This document shows positions 17,165-26,964 of a DNA stretch of 36,442 nt, piece by piece. The stretch spans positions 1-36,442 of IMG/VR virus record IMGVR_UViG_3300044847_000019, one strand, 5' to 3'. Source of the stretch: a virus (lineage: Duplodnaviria > Caudoviricetes). A program made the position numbers and the translations under genes. The notes under the pieces are model-generated. The model searched no databases. It had not been told where the DNA came from and was given only the letters and a program-made list of their open reading frames with translations. Within the stretch, counting starts at the first letter, position 1; each line of letters starts with the position of its first letter.

Positions 17165-18481
17165 CTACCCCCAGATACCTTCAGCTTGCACTTGAGTTAC
17201 TGTCCACGCAGCTGCTGCGCCGGTGTCTACAGATAACCCGATGTACTGCCCGTTGATGGCTGCTGCAGTATTATCAAAACCAACACTCACAGCACCAGCA
17301 CCATTACCAAATCCAGTTGCTGCGGCGTGGTGGCCGCTAACTGCAAGATCTCCACGAATGACGCCAAGTGCGCCGACGGAGCGAACAGTTAATACCACCT
17401 GAAAGATACCTTGATCGGCAGCAGCTGATTGTGCACCTTGTACAATATTCAATCGCGAGGTATCTGCTGTACTCTGTGCAGCACCAATGCGTACGTTCCA
17501 AGATGCAGCTGCAACACCGGCAGCAGTCTTGTTGGCTGCGATTGTCCACGTGATCTTGCTACCAATTGGCATACCAATCGACGGTATGAGAATACCCGAA
17601 CCAGTTAGATACGTATCAGTAGCAGCTGCTGGCGCTTGATCTGCAGTGCTCCAATTACGAGATCCAAGAATGTATTGCGGATGGGGATCTGATGCTGCGG
17701 TGTGGGAGCCAACAGCGGAAATTGCAGCACCGACTGCTTCGTAATCCATACCGGCAACAGCAGCGGAGATTGCAGTACCGTTACCCTTGAGAACTCCGGT
17801 AACAGTGGTCTGCATCGTAATCGCGGGTGTGGTGCCTGGATTAGCTACAGTAGCACTGAAACCGTTTGCATTGTTTACACTTACCAGCGTGACAGTACCT
17901 GCTCCACCACCACCGCCGCCACCTGCAAAGATTGGAAGTCCACCGGAGACATATAGTACGTTCTCCGCAAGTGCAAATCCGATGGATTGAATGATGTTGC
18001 CAACTGCTCCCGGAGGTGCGTTAGTAATCAATCCATTGGTGGTTGAGAGGTAGTAGATAACCCCTCTTGTAAGTCCGCCGATTGAGGTAACATAGCAGCC
18101 TGGAAGAGCAACCTCAATCGTGTCTCCGATGTTACAGACGCCAGGAGTATTGTTGATTCCAAAGGCAACTCTGGTATCATCGGTAGCGTTGGCGTATCTA
18201 GCTTTAAGTTCACCCCCGGAATCAAGAAGATGGACAATCGAGCCATAAGGCATAGCCTCCAATGCTTCACAATACACACGACGCTTGTACGGACCAGCCG
18301 TATAAGTTACGTTGTCAGCGTTCTTGTATACTTCCAGAGCTTCTTCAAAACCGCCGTACTGGCCGATCTGATCGGAGAACGTGCGGATAGCGTTGTAGAT
18401 ATCTCGCAGATCTGGTTCGATGCGAGAGTCTACGTTTGTAGGAAATTGCGGTAGTCCCGGCGTGAAGAACGGAACTCGCAT
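17165..18481 (-). CDS. Tail fiber/virion appendage protein
   Basis: N-terminal structural domain, G8 linker, TVTLVSV...GVLKGNGTAISAA module, HTAASDPHPQY fiber motif, Ala/Gly/Thr-rich C-terminal beta domain. Confidence 0.65.
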   Translation of the reverse strand: MRVPFFTPGLPQFPTNVDSRIEPDLRDIYNAIRTFSDQIGQYGGFEEALEVYKNADNVTYTAGPYKRRVYCEALEAMPYGSIVHLLDSGGELKARYANATDDTRVAFGINNTPGVCNIGDTIEVALPGCYVTSIGGLTRGVIYYLSTTNGLITNAPPGAVGNIIQSIGFALAENVLYVSGGLPIFAGGGGGGGAGTVTLVSVNNANGFSATVANPGTTPAITMQTTVTGVLKGNGTAISAAVAGMDYEAVGAAISAVGSHTAASDPHPQYILGSRNWSTADQAPAAATDTYLTGSGILIPSIGMPIGSKITWTIAANKTAAGVAAASWNVRIGAAQSTADTSRLNIVQGAQSAAADQGIFQVVLTVRSVGALGVIRGDLAVSGHHAAATGFGNGAGAVSVGFDNTAAAINGQYIGLSVDTGAAAAWTVTQVQAEGIWG

Positions 18482-20040
18482 TACATCCTCGCACCTTTAG
18501 TTGCACTGATCAACACAGTTGCAAGATTGAATGCGCCCTTGATGATGAAGGAAAGATTCTCTCCTTCAATCTGTTTCTGGTATTGTCGGTAGTTATCAGA
18601 GCTTGCGTGCAGCACCATTGGTAGGATCTCGCCAACCGTGGTGCCGTTGTAGCTAGTAGCTACGTGTACGGTAGGTGCTTCATTGGAATCGAGAACTTCC
18701 AGTTCCAACTCCTGCAATCCAATTTGTTGCGTGCGAGTTAGCTGATATCTTCCAAGAATCAGTACGCCGGAGTCAGCAGCGATACGATCATCAAGGATGA
18801 TTTGATCTACTGCGCCACTAGTTTTCAGTACGAATAAACTATCAAATGGGCTAAGCAGATCAGGCGCAGCTTCTGCTGATTGGAAGATATCGTAGTGGTC
18901 TACTTTCAACTTCCCCCACCTACGGAGGTTCGCATCGTACACGAGAATGTACGAGAACGGTCCTTTGGAATCAGTAGTTCCGTAGGATACACAGAGATAG
19001 CGACCACCGAGGAAAGCTACTTTCACGTAGATCGCAGCTGCTCGAGTTATCGACAGCAGATTGGTTGTAGTATCAAACGATTCGATTATCTTAGACGATA
19101 CGAATTCCGTTAGGTTCGTATGAATTGCCTCTGCTTCCCGCAAATTCAATGATTGCATTCCATACGTGCCAAAGAGATACGCAACACCTGCGGAAGTCTC
19201 GCGTGCGAGATATCTCCAAGACAGCAGACCACCGCTGTTACGAACTTCACGGAAGATCCAGGGCTGCGCGGAGTTCTGCGTGTACACCGCAGCAACAGTA
19301 TTTTCCGTGCAGTGGATCAAGAAACCACCAGATACTGGCGTGAGCGCCAGTGGTGTACCGCGCATATCAATCGGAGTTTGTCCACCAGCACCGCTAGTAG
19401 AACTTGCAACGAAGTCAAGAGGATCTACTAATGAACTCCACTTCACGGAAGCATCGCTGTAAATCGCAATCAGGTAGTTGCCAGAACCACAGATTGCTTT
19501 AATCTCTGCACCAGTGAGGCCAGTGAATGTAGCGGTTACGTCGATGAACGCAGCACCATCCCACTGCAGGATAATGGAGCTTGGAGAGTTACCAAAGCAT
19601 ACGAACGTCTGTCCATTGACATACGCAACAGAAATCTTGTAATCGACAATTACTGGCGCGCCGGCAAGCGGATTCGTTGACACCCACGGTGTACCAAGTG
19701 CGGCAGTAACGTAATTCATTCCCTGCGCGGGGGCGTAGTACCAGCTGTCATCATCATTACGCAGGATGATAACATCGTCAGGCGTGCCCACGCCGGGAAA
19801 CTGTGCTTGTACGTTGGAATAGCCAACACTTCTACAACCTTCACCAGTAGGAAGCACATTTTCACAATAAAGAACCTGCGGCAGATTCTGCGGGTTGTTA
19901 TCTGTGTTATTCTGCGGATTGCTGGCAGGATCACGAAGACGCGCGTCAAACTGCGCCATCAACACACTTCGCGGTTGGAAGCGAGTTACCAGCGGGAAGG
20001 TTGCAGCATTGAGTGCTGCTGTGAATTTATGTTCCGCCAC
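18481..20040 (-). CDS. Tail nozzle/tail tubular protein B-like (stabilisation protein)
   Basis: 519 aa beta-rich protein with ENVLPT and VKWSSLVDPLDF motifs typical of podovirus P22 gp10-like nozzles; GTG start behind GGAG. Confidence 0.6.
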   Translation of the reverse strand: MAEHKFTAALNAATFPLVTRFQPRSVLMAQFDARLRDPASNPQNNTDNNPQNLPQVLYCENVLPTGEGCRSVGYSNVQAQFPGVGTPDDVIILRNDDDSWYYAPAQGMNYVTAALGTPWVSTNPLAGAPVIVDYKISVAYVNGQTFVCFGNSPSSIILQWDGAAFIDVTATFTGLTGAEIKAICGSGNYLIAIYSDASVKWSSLVDPLDFVASSTSGAGGQTPIDMRGTPLALTPVSGGFLIHCTENTVAAVYTQNSAQPWIFREVRNSGGLLSWRYLARETSAGVAYLFGTYGMQSLNLREAEAIHTNLTEFVSSKIIESFDTTTNLLSITRAAAIYVKVAFLGGRYLCVSYGTTDSKGPFSYILVYDANLRRWGKLKVDHYDIFQSAEAAPDLLSPFDSLFVLKTSGAVDQIILDDRIAADSGVLILGRYQLTRTQQIGLQELELEVLDSNEAPTVHVATSYNGTTVGEILPMVLHASSDNYRQYQKQIEGENLSFIIKGAFNLATVLISATKGARM

Positions 20041-20333
20041 TAGGGTCTCCTGTATGGAGTTAGCAAGGCAGTTATCTCTTTCAACTCCTTGCGAACATCC
20101 TGCAACTCGCGCTCCACGCGCGCAAGCTTATCTACTTGCACCTGCTCGATAATAGTGATGCGCTTATCCAGCGCAGCGTACGCAAGTGAAACGGACACCA
20201 ACAGTGTTCCAGCAGTTATGAACGTGTTGATATTGATATTTCCATCTATCTTCACATTCATACCTCGCTTGGTAAGTTTGGTGATGAGTTGCTGCTCGTT
20301 CTGTTCACGAGCAGTTTCCTTGTCCGGTTCCAT
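20040..20333 (-). CDS. Small protein with one TM segment and C-terminal coiled coil
   Basis: FITAGTLLVSVSLAYAAL followed by heptads; coupled to both neighbours by 1-nt overlaps. Confidence 0.6.
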   Translation of the reverse strand: MEPDKETAREQNEQQLITKLTKRGMNVKIDGNININTFITAGTLLVSVSLAYAALDKRITIIEQVQVDKLARVERELQDVRKELKEITALLTPYRRP

Positions 20334-23300
20334 TACGGGGCAGGCGTCTTGAGGATTGCAAGTCCAATCGAGTTGTCGAGGTTACTAGACGCGTGTCCGT
20401 ATTCAACAGCGCACGCCATGTATTCCCCTCCAAACAGCGAAAGGATACGACTGTAGCCAAAGTACCTACGTTGCTCCCACGGTTCCATCGGATCACGAAG
20501 TTCCATCGTGTTGTCAGTTGCGAACCCAATTTGGAATCCTTGACGGAAACCAAAGGTTGCGTGGGACAGTGCGATGCGGCCGTAGGTGCCAGTAACACCA
20601 GACGGATCCAGTTGCGTGGTGCTGGCAGAACTATCGCAATCGAGGATTGCAGGAATCAGACCTTGCAGCACCCAAGTAACACCGCCGTCAACAGAGATCA
20701 GCCACTTACGTGCGTTAGCTGCACCGCTGCTGGGACGAATCGTCATCACCAGTGTACCGTCAGGCCAGATTGTGGTGGTGGTTTCAGTAGCACCGCCGGC
20801 GCCAACTGCAAGTACGGTACCGAGCGACCAAGTAATACCCCAATCATCGCTGTAAACACTGAACACGCGGTTGGCATCACCATAGCAGGTGACAACAATA
20901 CGGTTAGGTGCAACAGGGTGGTCCGCCGGAAGAATTACATAATCGCCGCCAGGAGAAGGTTGGATAAACGTGGAGCCAAGATGGATCCAGCTATCAAAGA
21001 TCATGGAAGCAGTAGTCCAACCATCCGGGTGGCAATCAGACCTGTCATTGGTTTGTACGTACAGGTTGCTGTGCATATCTACCAGCGTACCGCTGACAGA
21101 ATCTTCCTGCTGCGTGAGGCAAATCAACCTGCCTTCATGCGGACCGGAAGGAACACGAATTACCAATCCTGCGTACGTAGCACCAAGGTGCGCGCTCCAA
21201 CGAGAAGGTTGATGTACAATCTCTGCGTTGGTAACTGGCGTGAGAGTATTCTCCACCTTGTCATACACGTAATTCCGTTGCATCACGCGCGACGGAAGTT
21301 CCGTATTCCACGGGTGGATTTTATCTCGTCCTGCCCAGAATACTCCGAGCATCACCTTGTCGCCGTATTCCTTCACAACTTCGACAGCAGGGATACGCTC
21401 CATGTCCGTACCACCATCGTACGGCTCAAATTCATGGTCTCCTGCTACAATTGCGAAGGCATACAGGTTATTCTTAATTCCGCTGCTGTAGTGCTTCGTG
21501 CGCACCATATCACGATTGGACAACGAGGTAGGAGCAATCAGCAGTTTACGAACAAACTGCATCTCCCCACCGTTGCTGCCAAGTGTGAAGCGATCCAGTG
21601 TAGGCAGATTACGAACATGGTTTACCGACGGAGGTTCGCCATTGATGGAGCAGTAACTTCCACCTGCTTTACCAGCAAGATAGATAGTTGCTTCAATGCG
21701 CTGCCCAACTTCTGAAGCAGCGAGAATTTCGTACGGAGAACTGACGCCATGCGGGAAGCCAAGGTTCACGCCATCATTTACGTTGAAAGTTTCACCCACT
21801 GTGACAGAGTGTCCGCTGGTAGCGCCGTTCATGCTGAATCCGCTCCAAATGGAGGGGCTAAGAACAGCAGTGTCATTGATCAAATCGGCATCGTAGTATG
21901 CCAGAACATTGCTACCTGCAAGAGAGATCGGCAAGTTGGTGTTGGGGACGACAACAGGACCCATCACGCGAGCAACACCCCAAACAGTGAGCGGAGGCTG
22001 CACATACTTAGCCGGAATGTTGTTAGCATGGCAAACTTCGATCGCATCACCGTTGGTGTCGATCTTAAAGCCGACAGTGGGGTTAGCTACCGTACCATGC
22101 AAGTACACTTTCGTGTACGTAATGGAATTGATATCTGCCGTGATCGGTGTCCACGTAGCACCGTTATCCATGGAGATGGAGATTGGGCCGACACCAACTA
22201 ATCTACGAACGTAGACTTGGAATGTTTGCAATGCGCCAGCACTAACAACTGCCTGCAAACAAGTTGCATTTGGAGCGGTAGCAGTAAGTCTGGAACACGG
22301 CTCGCCACTGATACCGACGGAAGTAAATAGCGGCGTGCAGCCCGTTTTAACCCACGGAGCTCTCGTAAGATCTTCCGACCACAGGCAGTTGTACGTACCG
22401 CCACCAGATACCATGAAGGTACGGATGCCAGATTCCCAAGAATAAGGTGCGCCGTATTTTGCAAGCGCGCCCGTTTCCAAATACATCAACGGCTTAACAC
22501 CGTAACAGCTTTGCGGGCGGGCAATGGTGATTGTCTTGCCGATGGTAACTACAGTACTGGCATTTGCATCAGAGACTCCGAATTTAAAGATGTAACTTGC
22601 AGCAGCTACAACTTGGTACGCGTAAATGTAGTACCAACCATCAGGCAGCGGATTACCGAGTTCGTCGAATTGGCTGATAACGCCAACAACGCCAACGTCT
22701 GCAGTTCCAACAACACCATTCTGCAGATCGAAGTAAACTCGCAGTGCACCAGGAGAATCAACTTGCAGATACACCCACCGATGGGTGCCATCGTACTTAA
22801 CTTTCCACGCGTTGAGGAAGTAGTTACCGTTGAAGTTCACAATCTTCGCACCGTTCAACGTAACATCAAGCGACGATGGCGAGGCATTTACCGTAAGTTT
22901 TACGGCATCCAACACCCCAGCTTCCGGTCCTTCCTGAGCCACCAGCTTAGTGCAACCGTTAGCGAAATAGTTGATAGCTCCGAGATTGCCACTTTCCAGA
23001 ATCAAGTTATGGTCTGCCCATGCGACAGTACCATCCTCGATCACTCGCATTACCGAGTCTGCCCACGAGAGATTGAAGTTCTCGTAGATCGACGATTGCG
23101 TTACAACATCACCTTCTTTTACGGTGACAGCTGTGTCGATATCGTCAGTAGTTCCGTCGATGGAATACGCAGTCTCGTAGTGGTAAGCGAGTGGAACGTC
23201 CATGCCAAGAGCCTCGTATGCGTAGATTGCAGCAGCGGCGGCGGATTCTGCTATTGCAGCAGCAGGAACGGCAGCAGCAGCCGCTGCTTCAGCCGCCTCC

Positions 23301-23587
23301 GTGTATTCTACAATCATTGCAATGTTGGTATTCAGTCGTTTCCAACGCTTGCTGTTGACGTCGATGATGGTATCCATGCCATCATCTGCACTGGTGGTGT
23401 CATCGTAGTCCAGCTTGAACCAGCCAGTAGTAGCACTCTCAGGAGTTTCGGAGAATGCGCCAGTGACAAAGCATAGCCACTTATCAAGTTGGCCAAGTGC
23501 ACGAAGATCGCTGATACTTTCAACAAAGACAGGATCGCGCACACGCGCAATCTGACCGATAACTGCTACTGCGACAGCGTTCGACAT
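20333..23587 (-). CDS. Tailspike/receptor-binding protein with C-terminal sialidase-like (GH33-type, BNR/Asp-box) beta-propeller
   Basis: N-terminal tailspike-type segment (DDTTSADDGMDTIIDVNSKRWKR); RIPAV motif; Asp boxes SDDWGITW, SVDGGVTW, SMDNGATW; C-terminal GYS. Confidence 0.8.
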   Translation of the reverse strand: MSNAVAVAVIGQIARVRDPVFVESISDLRALGQLDKWLCFVTGAFSETPESATTGWFKLDYDDTTSADDGMDTIIDVNSKRWKRLNTNIAMIVEYTEAAEAAAAAAVPAAAIAESAAAAAIYAYEALGMDVPLAYHYETAYSIDGTTDDIDTAVTVKEGDVVTQSSIYENFNLSWADSVMRVIEDGTVAWADHNLILESGNLGAINYFANGCTKLVAQEGPEAGVLDAVKLTVNASPSSLDVTLNGAKIVNFNGNYFLNAWKVKYDGTHRWVYLQVDSPGALRVYFDLQNGVVGTADVGVVGVISQFDELGNPLPDGWYYIYAYQVVAAASYIFKFGVSDANASTVVTIGKTITIARPQSCYGVKPLMYLETGALAKYGAPYSWESGIRTFMVSGGGTYNCLWSEDLTRAPWVKTGCTPLFTSVGISGEPCSRLTATAPNATCLQAVVSAGALQTFQVYVRRLVGVGPISISMDNGATWTPITADINSITYTKVYLHGTVANPTVGFKIDTNGDAIEVCHANNIPAKYVQPPLTVWGVARVMGPVVVPNTNLPISLAGSNVLAYYDADLINDTAVLSPSIWSGFSMNGATSGHSVTVGETFNVNDGVNLGFPHGVSSPYEILAASEVGQRIEATIYLAGKAGGSYCSINGEPPSVNHVRNLPTLDRFTLGSNGGEMQFVRKLLIAPTSLSNRDMVRTKHYSSGIKNNLYAFAIVAGDHEFEPYDGGTDMERIPAVEVVKEYGDKVMLGVFWAGRDKIHPWNTELPSRVMQRNYVYDKVENTLTPVTNAEIVHQPSRWSAHLGATYAGLVIRVPSGPHEGRLICLTQQEDSVSGTLVDMHSNLYVQTNDRSDCHPDGWTTASMIFDSWIHLGSTFIQPSPGGDYVILPADHPVAPNRIVVTCYGDANRVFSVYSDDWGITWSLGTVLAVGAGGATETTTTIWPDGTLVMTIRPSSGAANARKWLISVDGGVTWVLQGLIPAILDCDSSASTTQLDPSGVTGTYGRIALSHATFGFRQGFQIGFATDNTMELRDPMEPWEQRRYFGYSRILSLFGGEYMACAVEYGHASSNLDNSIGLAILKTPAP

Positions 23588-23603
23588 TTCTGTATTCCTT
23601 TAA

Positions 23604-24230
23604 TTACGCGTGGCCGTCAGGACGAATGCCAATAGCACGAAGTTGGTCAACCAAAGTCATGCCAGGAAAACGGTTAGTAGGATCTGGTTCGAATCCAACA
23701 AGTCGATTCAACGCTTTTGCTTCCTCCTGCTTGCCCATCATGTTGAAAAGATACGCAAGTGATCCTTGCACAAGCAAGTCAGGAAGTTCGTCTTTAATCC
23801 AACTGTTGTACGAATCGGCAGCTACATCTGGATTCTGCCAGTATCCGATACGTGCGCCCGAAGTGGCATACTGGAATCTTGCTTGAAGATTTACTCCCGC
23901 CATGTAGTAGCGATCTTCTTTATAGTAATTATGCTCATCTACTTGATCGCTAGGATCAATCGGGTCGAGGAACGGACCGAACGTATCCGTGTTTAGATCA
24001 TAGTACTGCAGATAGCTGACTTGGCGGAATCGAGTAAGTTGCGTACTCGTGTTCAGCGTCATCTGCGTATCTTGCGGAAACGACAAGTTTGCTTCTGCAA
24101 GATCTCGCCAGAAAAGATCCAGTCGGTGAGCGCGTAGAGTAGTCATGCGCAGTGCAATTGCAATCTTGTCATCAATGTCGCTGCGCTTGGAGAGTAACTT
24201 AATTTCCGCTAGCAGTTCTGCGTATGTCAT
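23604..24230 (-). CDS. Head-tail adaptor/tail tubular protein A-like
   Basis: MTYAELLAEI...RSD start and NSWI...PDLL...SL motif typical of podovirus adaptors; start set at 24230 behind AAGGAG (the longer ORF runs through a terminator). Confidence 0.7.
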   Translation of the reverse strand: MTYAELLAEIKLLSKRSDIDDKIAIALRMTTLRAHRLDLFWRDLAEANLSFPQDTQMTLNTSTQLTRFRQVSYLQYYDLNTDTFGPFLDPIDPSDQVDEHNYYKEDRYYMAGVNLQARFQYATSGARIGYWQNPDVAADSYNSWIKDELPDLLVQGSLAYLFNMMGKQEEAKALNRLVGFEPDPTNRFPGMTLVDQLRAIGIRPDGHA

Positions 24231-24255
24231 GGATGTGCTCCTTATAATTAGATGT

Positions 24256-24291
24256 AAAAAAGCCGCTAGAGCATTTCTGCTACTAGCGGCT
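24256..24291 (-). terminator. Rho-independent terminator
   Basis: Minus strand AGCCGCTAG-TAGCAGAAATGCT-CTAGCGGCT-TTTTT. Confidence 0.85.
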
Positions 24292-24332
24292 AATCTTAGG
24301 CCCTTCACGAAGCCCAAGAGGAGACAGTGAAC

Positions 24333-24959
24333 TTACGAATTCTTCTGCGCTTCCGCAGTCATCGCAGCGAGGCGCGCAGCAGCAGCATCCGCAGCAGACG
24401 GAGGTTTGGTTTGTTGATCTGTCGTAGTTGCAACACCGCCAACTCCATCAACAGCTTGCGAACCGGAGAACGAATTCTGCAGGCCAACAACAGCGCCAGC
24501 AGGTTGCGGAGCTGCCGGAGTTTGCTGCACCGGACGTACTTGCATCGGCGTAGATTGCACGTGTTGCACTTGCACAGGAATGATCGGTGCATTCGGATCG
24601 AATTGCTGGCCATTTACTTGCGATTGCGCAAGTGCCGTACGCATCACATCTTTGTGCATCTCCTGCGCCAATTCTTGGCGAATCACTGCGTCCACGTCGC
24701 TGTCTGCCATCGTGTAAATGAAACTACCAGGAACGTCAGCAACCAGATCCAGTTGGTCTTGTTCGCGCTTGTCATCGGTAATCAACCGATAATTGGCAAA
24801 TGCCAGGGATTTCACGCGCGAGCCACCAAGATCTACGTGGAACTTCGCGTAGTTATGATGGTGGAAGTAAATCTTCGGTGGAACGAGAAATTCTGCGGGC
24901 GTGCGCGATTGCTCCAGCAGCTTCTTCGCATACTCGTTCATGGAATGGTCGTTGCTCAT
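24333..24959 (-). CDS. Hypothetical protein, Q/P/A-rich C-terminal half
   Basis: Start set at MSNDHSM behind GAAGGT; lies between capsid and adaptor. Confidence 0.65.
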   Translation of the reverse strand: MSNDHSMNEYAKKLLEQSRTPAEFLVPPKIYFHHHNYAKFHVDLGGSRVKSLAFANYRLITDDKREQDQLDLVADVPGSFIYTMADSDVDAVIRQELAQEMHKDVMRTALAQSQVNGQQFDPNAPIIPVQVQHVQSTPMQVRPVQQTPAAPQPAGAVVGLQNSFSGSQAVDGVGGVATTTDQQTKPPSAADAAAARLAAMTAEAQKNS

Positions 24960-25005
24960 TTGAATTACCTTCGAGGGGAGAATGAAGTTAGGACCCATTA
25001 AAGGG

Positions 25006-25045
25006 AAAAAAGGAAGGGAAAGTAACACATGCTACGATCCCTTCC
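25006..25045 (-). terminator. Terminator after major capsid gene
   Basis: Minus strand GGAAGGGA-(18 nt)-TCCCTTCC-TTTTTT. Confidence 0.75.
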
Positions 25046-25066
25046 AAACTTCCCCTCGCTGGAAGA

Positions 25067-26272
25067 TTAGCCAGCAGCGCCAGCAGTGAAGTTGTACAGC
25101 ACGCCGTTAGCGGCCGGGTTCTTCACCAGATTGGTAAGTTCGCTGGTAAGCGTACCACCAACTGCATCGACGCCGTTGTCGACAGGAGTACCGTTGGTAC
25201 CGTACTCTTGGTTCATCGTCTTACGGCCCATCATGTAAGCAAGGCCGAAAGTAGCGACGTCCACAACCAGACCCATCTTGGCCCAAGTGCTAGTGCTACC
25301 GTAAGCATTCAGCAGCGGGTGCTCGATAATCTGGAAAGTACCACGCGGAATCTTGATGGTGTCGTATTGCAGACCCCACGAAGTTTCCTGCGATTGCACA
25401 TAGTACGTGGAATTGAGGCGCGCAATTGCGTGAATCACGCGGCGTGCAACACCACCACAGAACAGAATCCGTTGGTTCGGATTCATCGGATCAGTGTTTT
25501 GTTGGAACACCGGATCCAGCGCAGCTTCCAGCTGCGTGTAATTCGTGGTAGCGCCGAGCGTGGTGATGTTGCCACTGGCGTTGTTTTGCACGGTGTTGAT
25601 CAGACCATCCATCGTGGAGATGGGTTGGCCGTTACGAGTACCGAGGAACTTCTGACCGAAGATCAGAGCTTTCTCGATATCGCACGCGTGGAAACCAGCA
25701 CATTCCTGGCGGGATTCTGCCACGTTCGTGTTGCCAGCAATCACTTGCGTAGCTTGCAGGGTACCAGTCAGGCCCCACGAGTTACGGAAGATCTGCGTGT
25801 AGTTCACGATGCGAGTAGCGGAGATGCTCAGAGCTTGCGGACGCAGAGATCCTTGCTCATAAGCATTACCAACCATCCACAGGTTCACCGTGGCAACAGC
25901 AGCTTGCGCTGCAATCGTGCCGAACGCACGCTGGATCTGCAGTTGGGTGGCACCCAGAACTGCAACCACCAGAACGTTTTCGTTCGTAGAATCCACACGC
26001 AGCACCATGCCGGGAAGCATGTTGGTAGTGGCAGTAACGGTGATAACCGTATCAGCAGCAGCCATGTTGGCAGACAGCGTGACAGACGGGAACACCATCG
26101 TCTTCGAGAAGTAGCCGTGCTCGATCTGAGCAGCAGTTTCTTCTTTCAGCAGTGCGGTAATACCGAACAGCGGAGCACCGCCGTTAGGCATCAGGCGGGT
26201 AATCGCCGCTGCAAAAGATTTCTTCGCAAGGTCCGCAGGCAGTTGCGAAGTATTCCAGGTTCCAACCGGCAT
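25067..26272 (-). CDS. Major capsid protein (SU10/DUF5309-like HK97 fold) with beta-rich insertion domain
   Basis: NYTQIFR, DIEKALIFG and TMDGL motifs; position after scaffold; strongly biased codons; SD AAGGAG; terminator downstream. Confidence 0.88.
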   Translation of the reverse strand: MPVGTWNTSQLPADLAKKSFAAAITRLMPNGGAPLFGITALLKEETAAQIEHGYFSKTMVFPSVTLSANMAAADTVITVTATTNMLPGMVLRVDSTNENVLVVAVLGATQLQIQRAFGTIAAQAAVATVNLWMVGNAYEQGSLRPQALSISATRIVNYTQIFRNSWGLTGTLQATQVIAGNTNVAESRQECAGFHACDIEKALIFGQKFLGTRNGQPISTMDGLINTVQNNASGNITTLGATTNYTQLEAALDPVFQQNTDPMNPNQRILFCGGVARRVIHAIARLNSTYYVQSQETSWGLQYDTIKIPRGTFQIIEHPLLNAYGSTSTWAKMGLVVDVATFGLAYMMGRKTMNQEYGTNGTPVDNGVDAVGGTLTSELTNLVKNPAANGVLYNFTAGAAG

Positions 26273-26299
26273 TTCAGTTCTCCTTCCGGGATGAGTTGA

Positions 26300-26941
26300 T
26301 TAGTTGCCAGCGGTACGAATACCGCGCATTTCGAAGTTGGGCGTGAACGTCAGTGCGATGTTGTCAGCAGTCGCAGTAGAGTTCACATCCACAGTCACCG
26401 TACCTGCGGACAGGTTGACAGCCGTGACCTTGGCAGAAGCGCCAACGCCAGTACCAGTAACCAGCATGCCAACACCAAGTTCTTTGATATCAGCAGCAGG
26501 AATGTTGGAGAGCACCGCGTTCGCGTTGGTAGTGGTACCAACACAGACACGAGTACGCTTCGGCTCCGACAGCAGAGTGATCAGGTATTCGCGAGTAGAG
26601 CTCGCAGCAACACCAGAAGTACCCGCTAGCGTCATGCCAGTGCCAGCAGCGATCGTATTGGCAAAAGCCACAGAGCTGGAAATCAGCATGGAGAACGAAT
26701 CACCACGCATCAGATCCGGCAGTGCTGCCAGCAGTTGATCGGCAGTGCAAGTCGTGTCTGCGTAGCCAGCACCGGGGCCACTACGATCCAGCCAGCCTGC
26801 GAGGAACATCGCAGCGGTAATCGTAATGTTGCCAGCAGTAGCATCTGCGTAGCGACGAACACCAGAGAGGCTGCGATATCCTGCATTACCAGGAATCTCA
26901 CCGCCATTCACACGAAGATTGGGACGACCAAGCATCGCCAT
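26300..26941 (-). CDS. Putative capsid decoration/minor structural protein
   Basis: Thr/Ala/Gly-rich beta protein immediately upstream of the MCP with capsid-like codon bias; SD AAAGGA. Confidence 0.55.
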   Translation of the reverse strand: MAMLGRPNLRVNGGEIPGNAGYRSLSGVRRYADATAGNITITAAMFLAGWLDRSGPGAGYADTTCTADQLLAALPDLMRGDSFSMLISSSVAFANTIAAGTGMTLAGTSGVAASSTREYLITLLSEPKRTRVCVGTTTNANAVLSNIPAADIKELGVGMLVTGTGVGASAKVTAVNLSAGTVTVDVNSTATADNIALTFTPNFEMRGIRTAGN

Positions 26942-26964
26942 TTCCTTTCACAGTTAGGTTACTA

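Noticed and set aside
20393-23476. 440-aa and 321-aa + strand ORFs opposite the tailspike
   Set aside because: Antisense shadows with unnatural R/H/C-rich composition.
25208-26299. 363-aa + strand ORF opposite the capsid gene
   Set aside because: Antisense shadow of a strongly codon-biased gene; no SD, no motifs.
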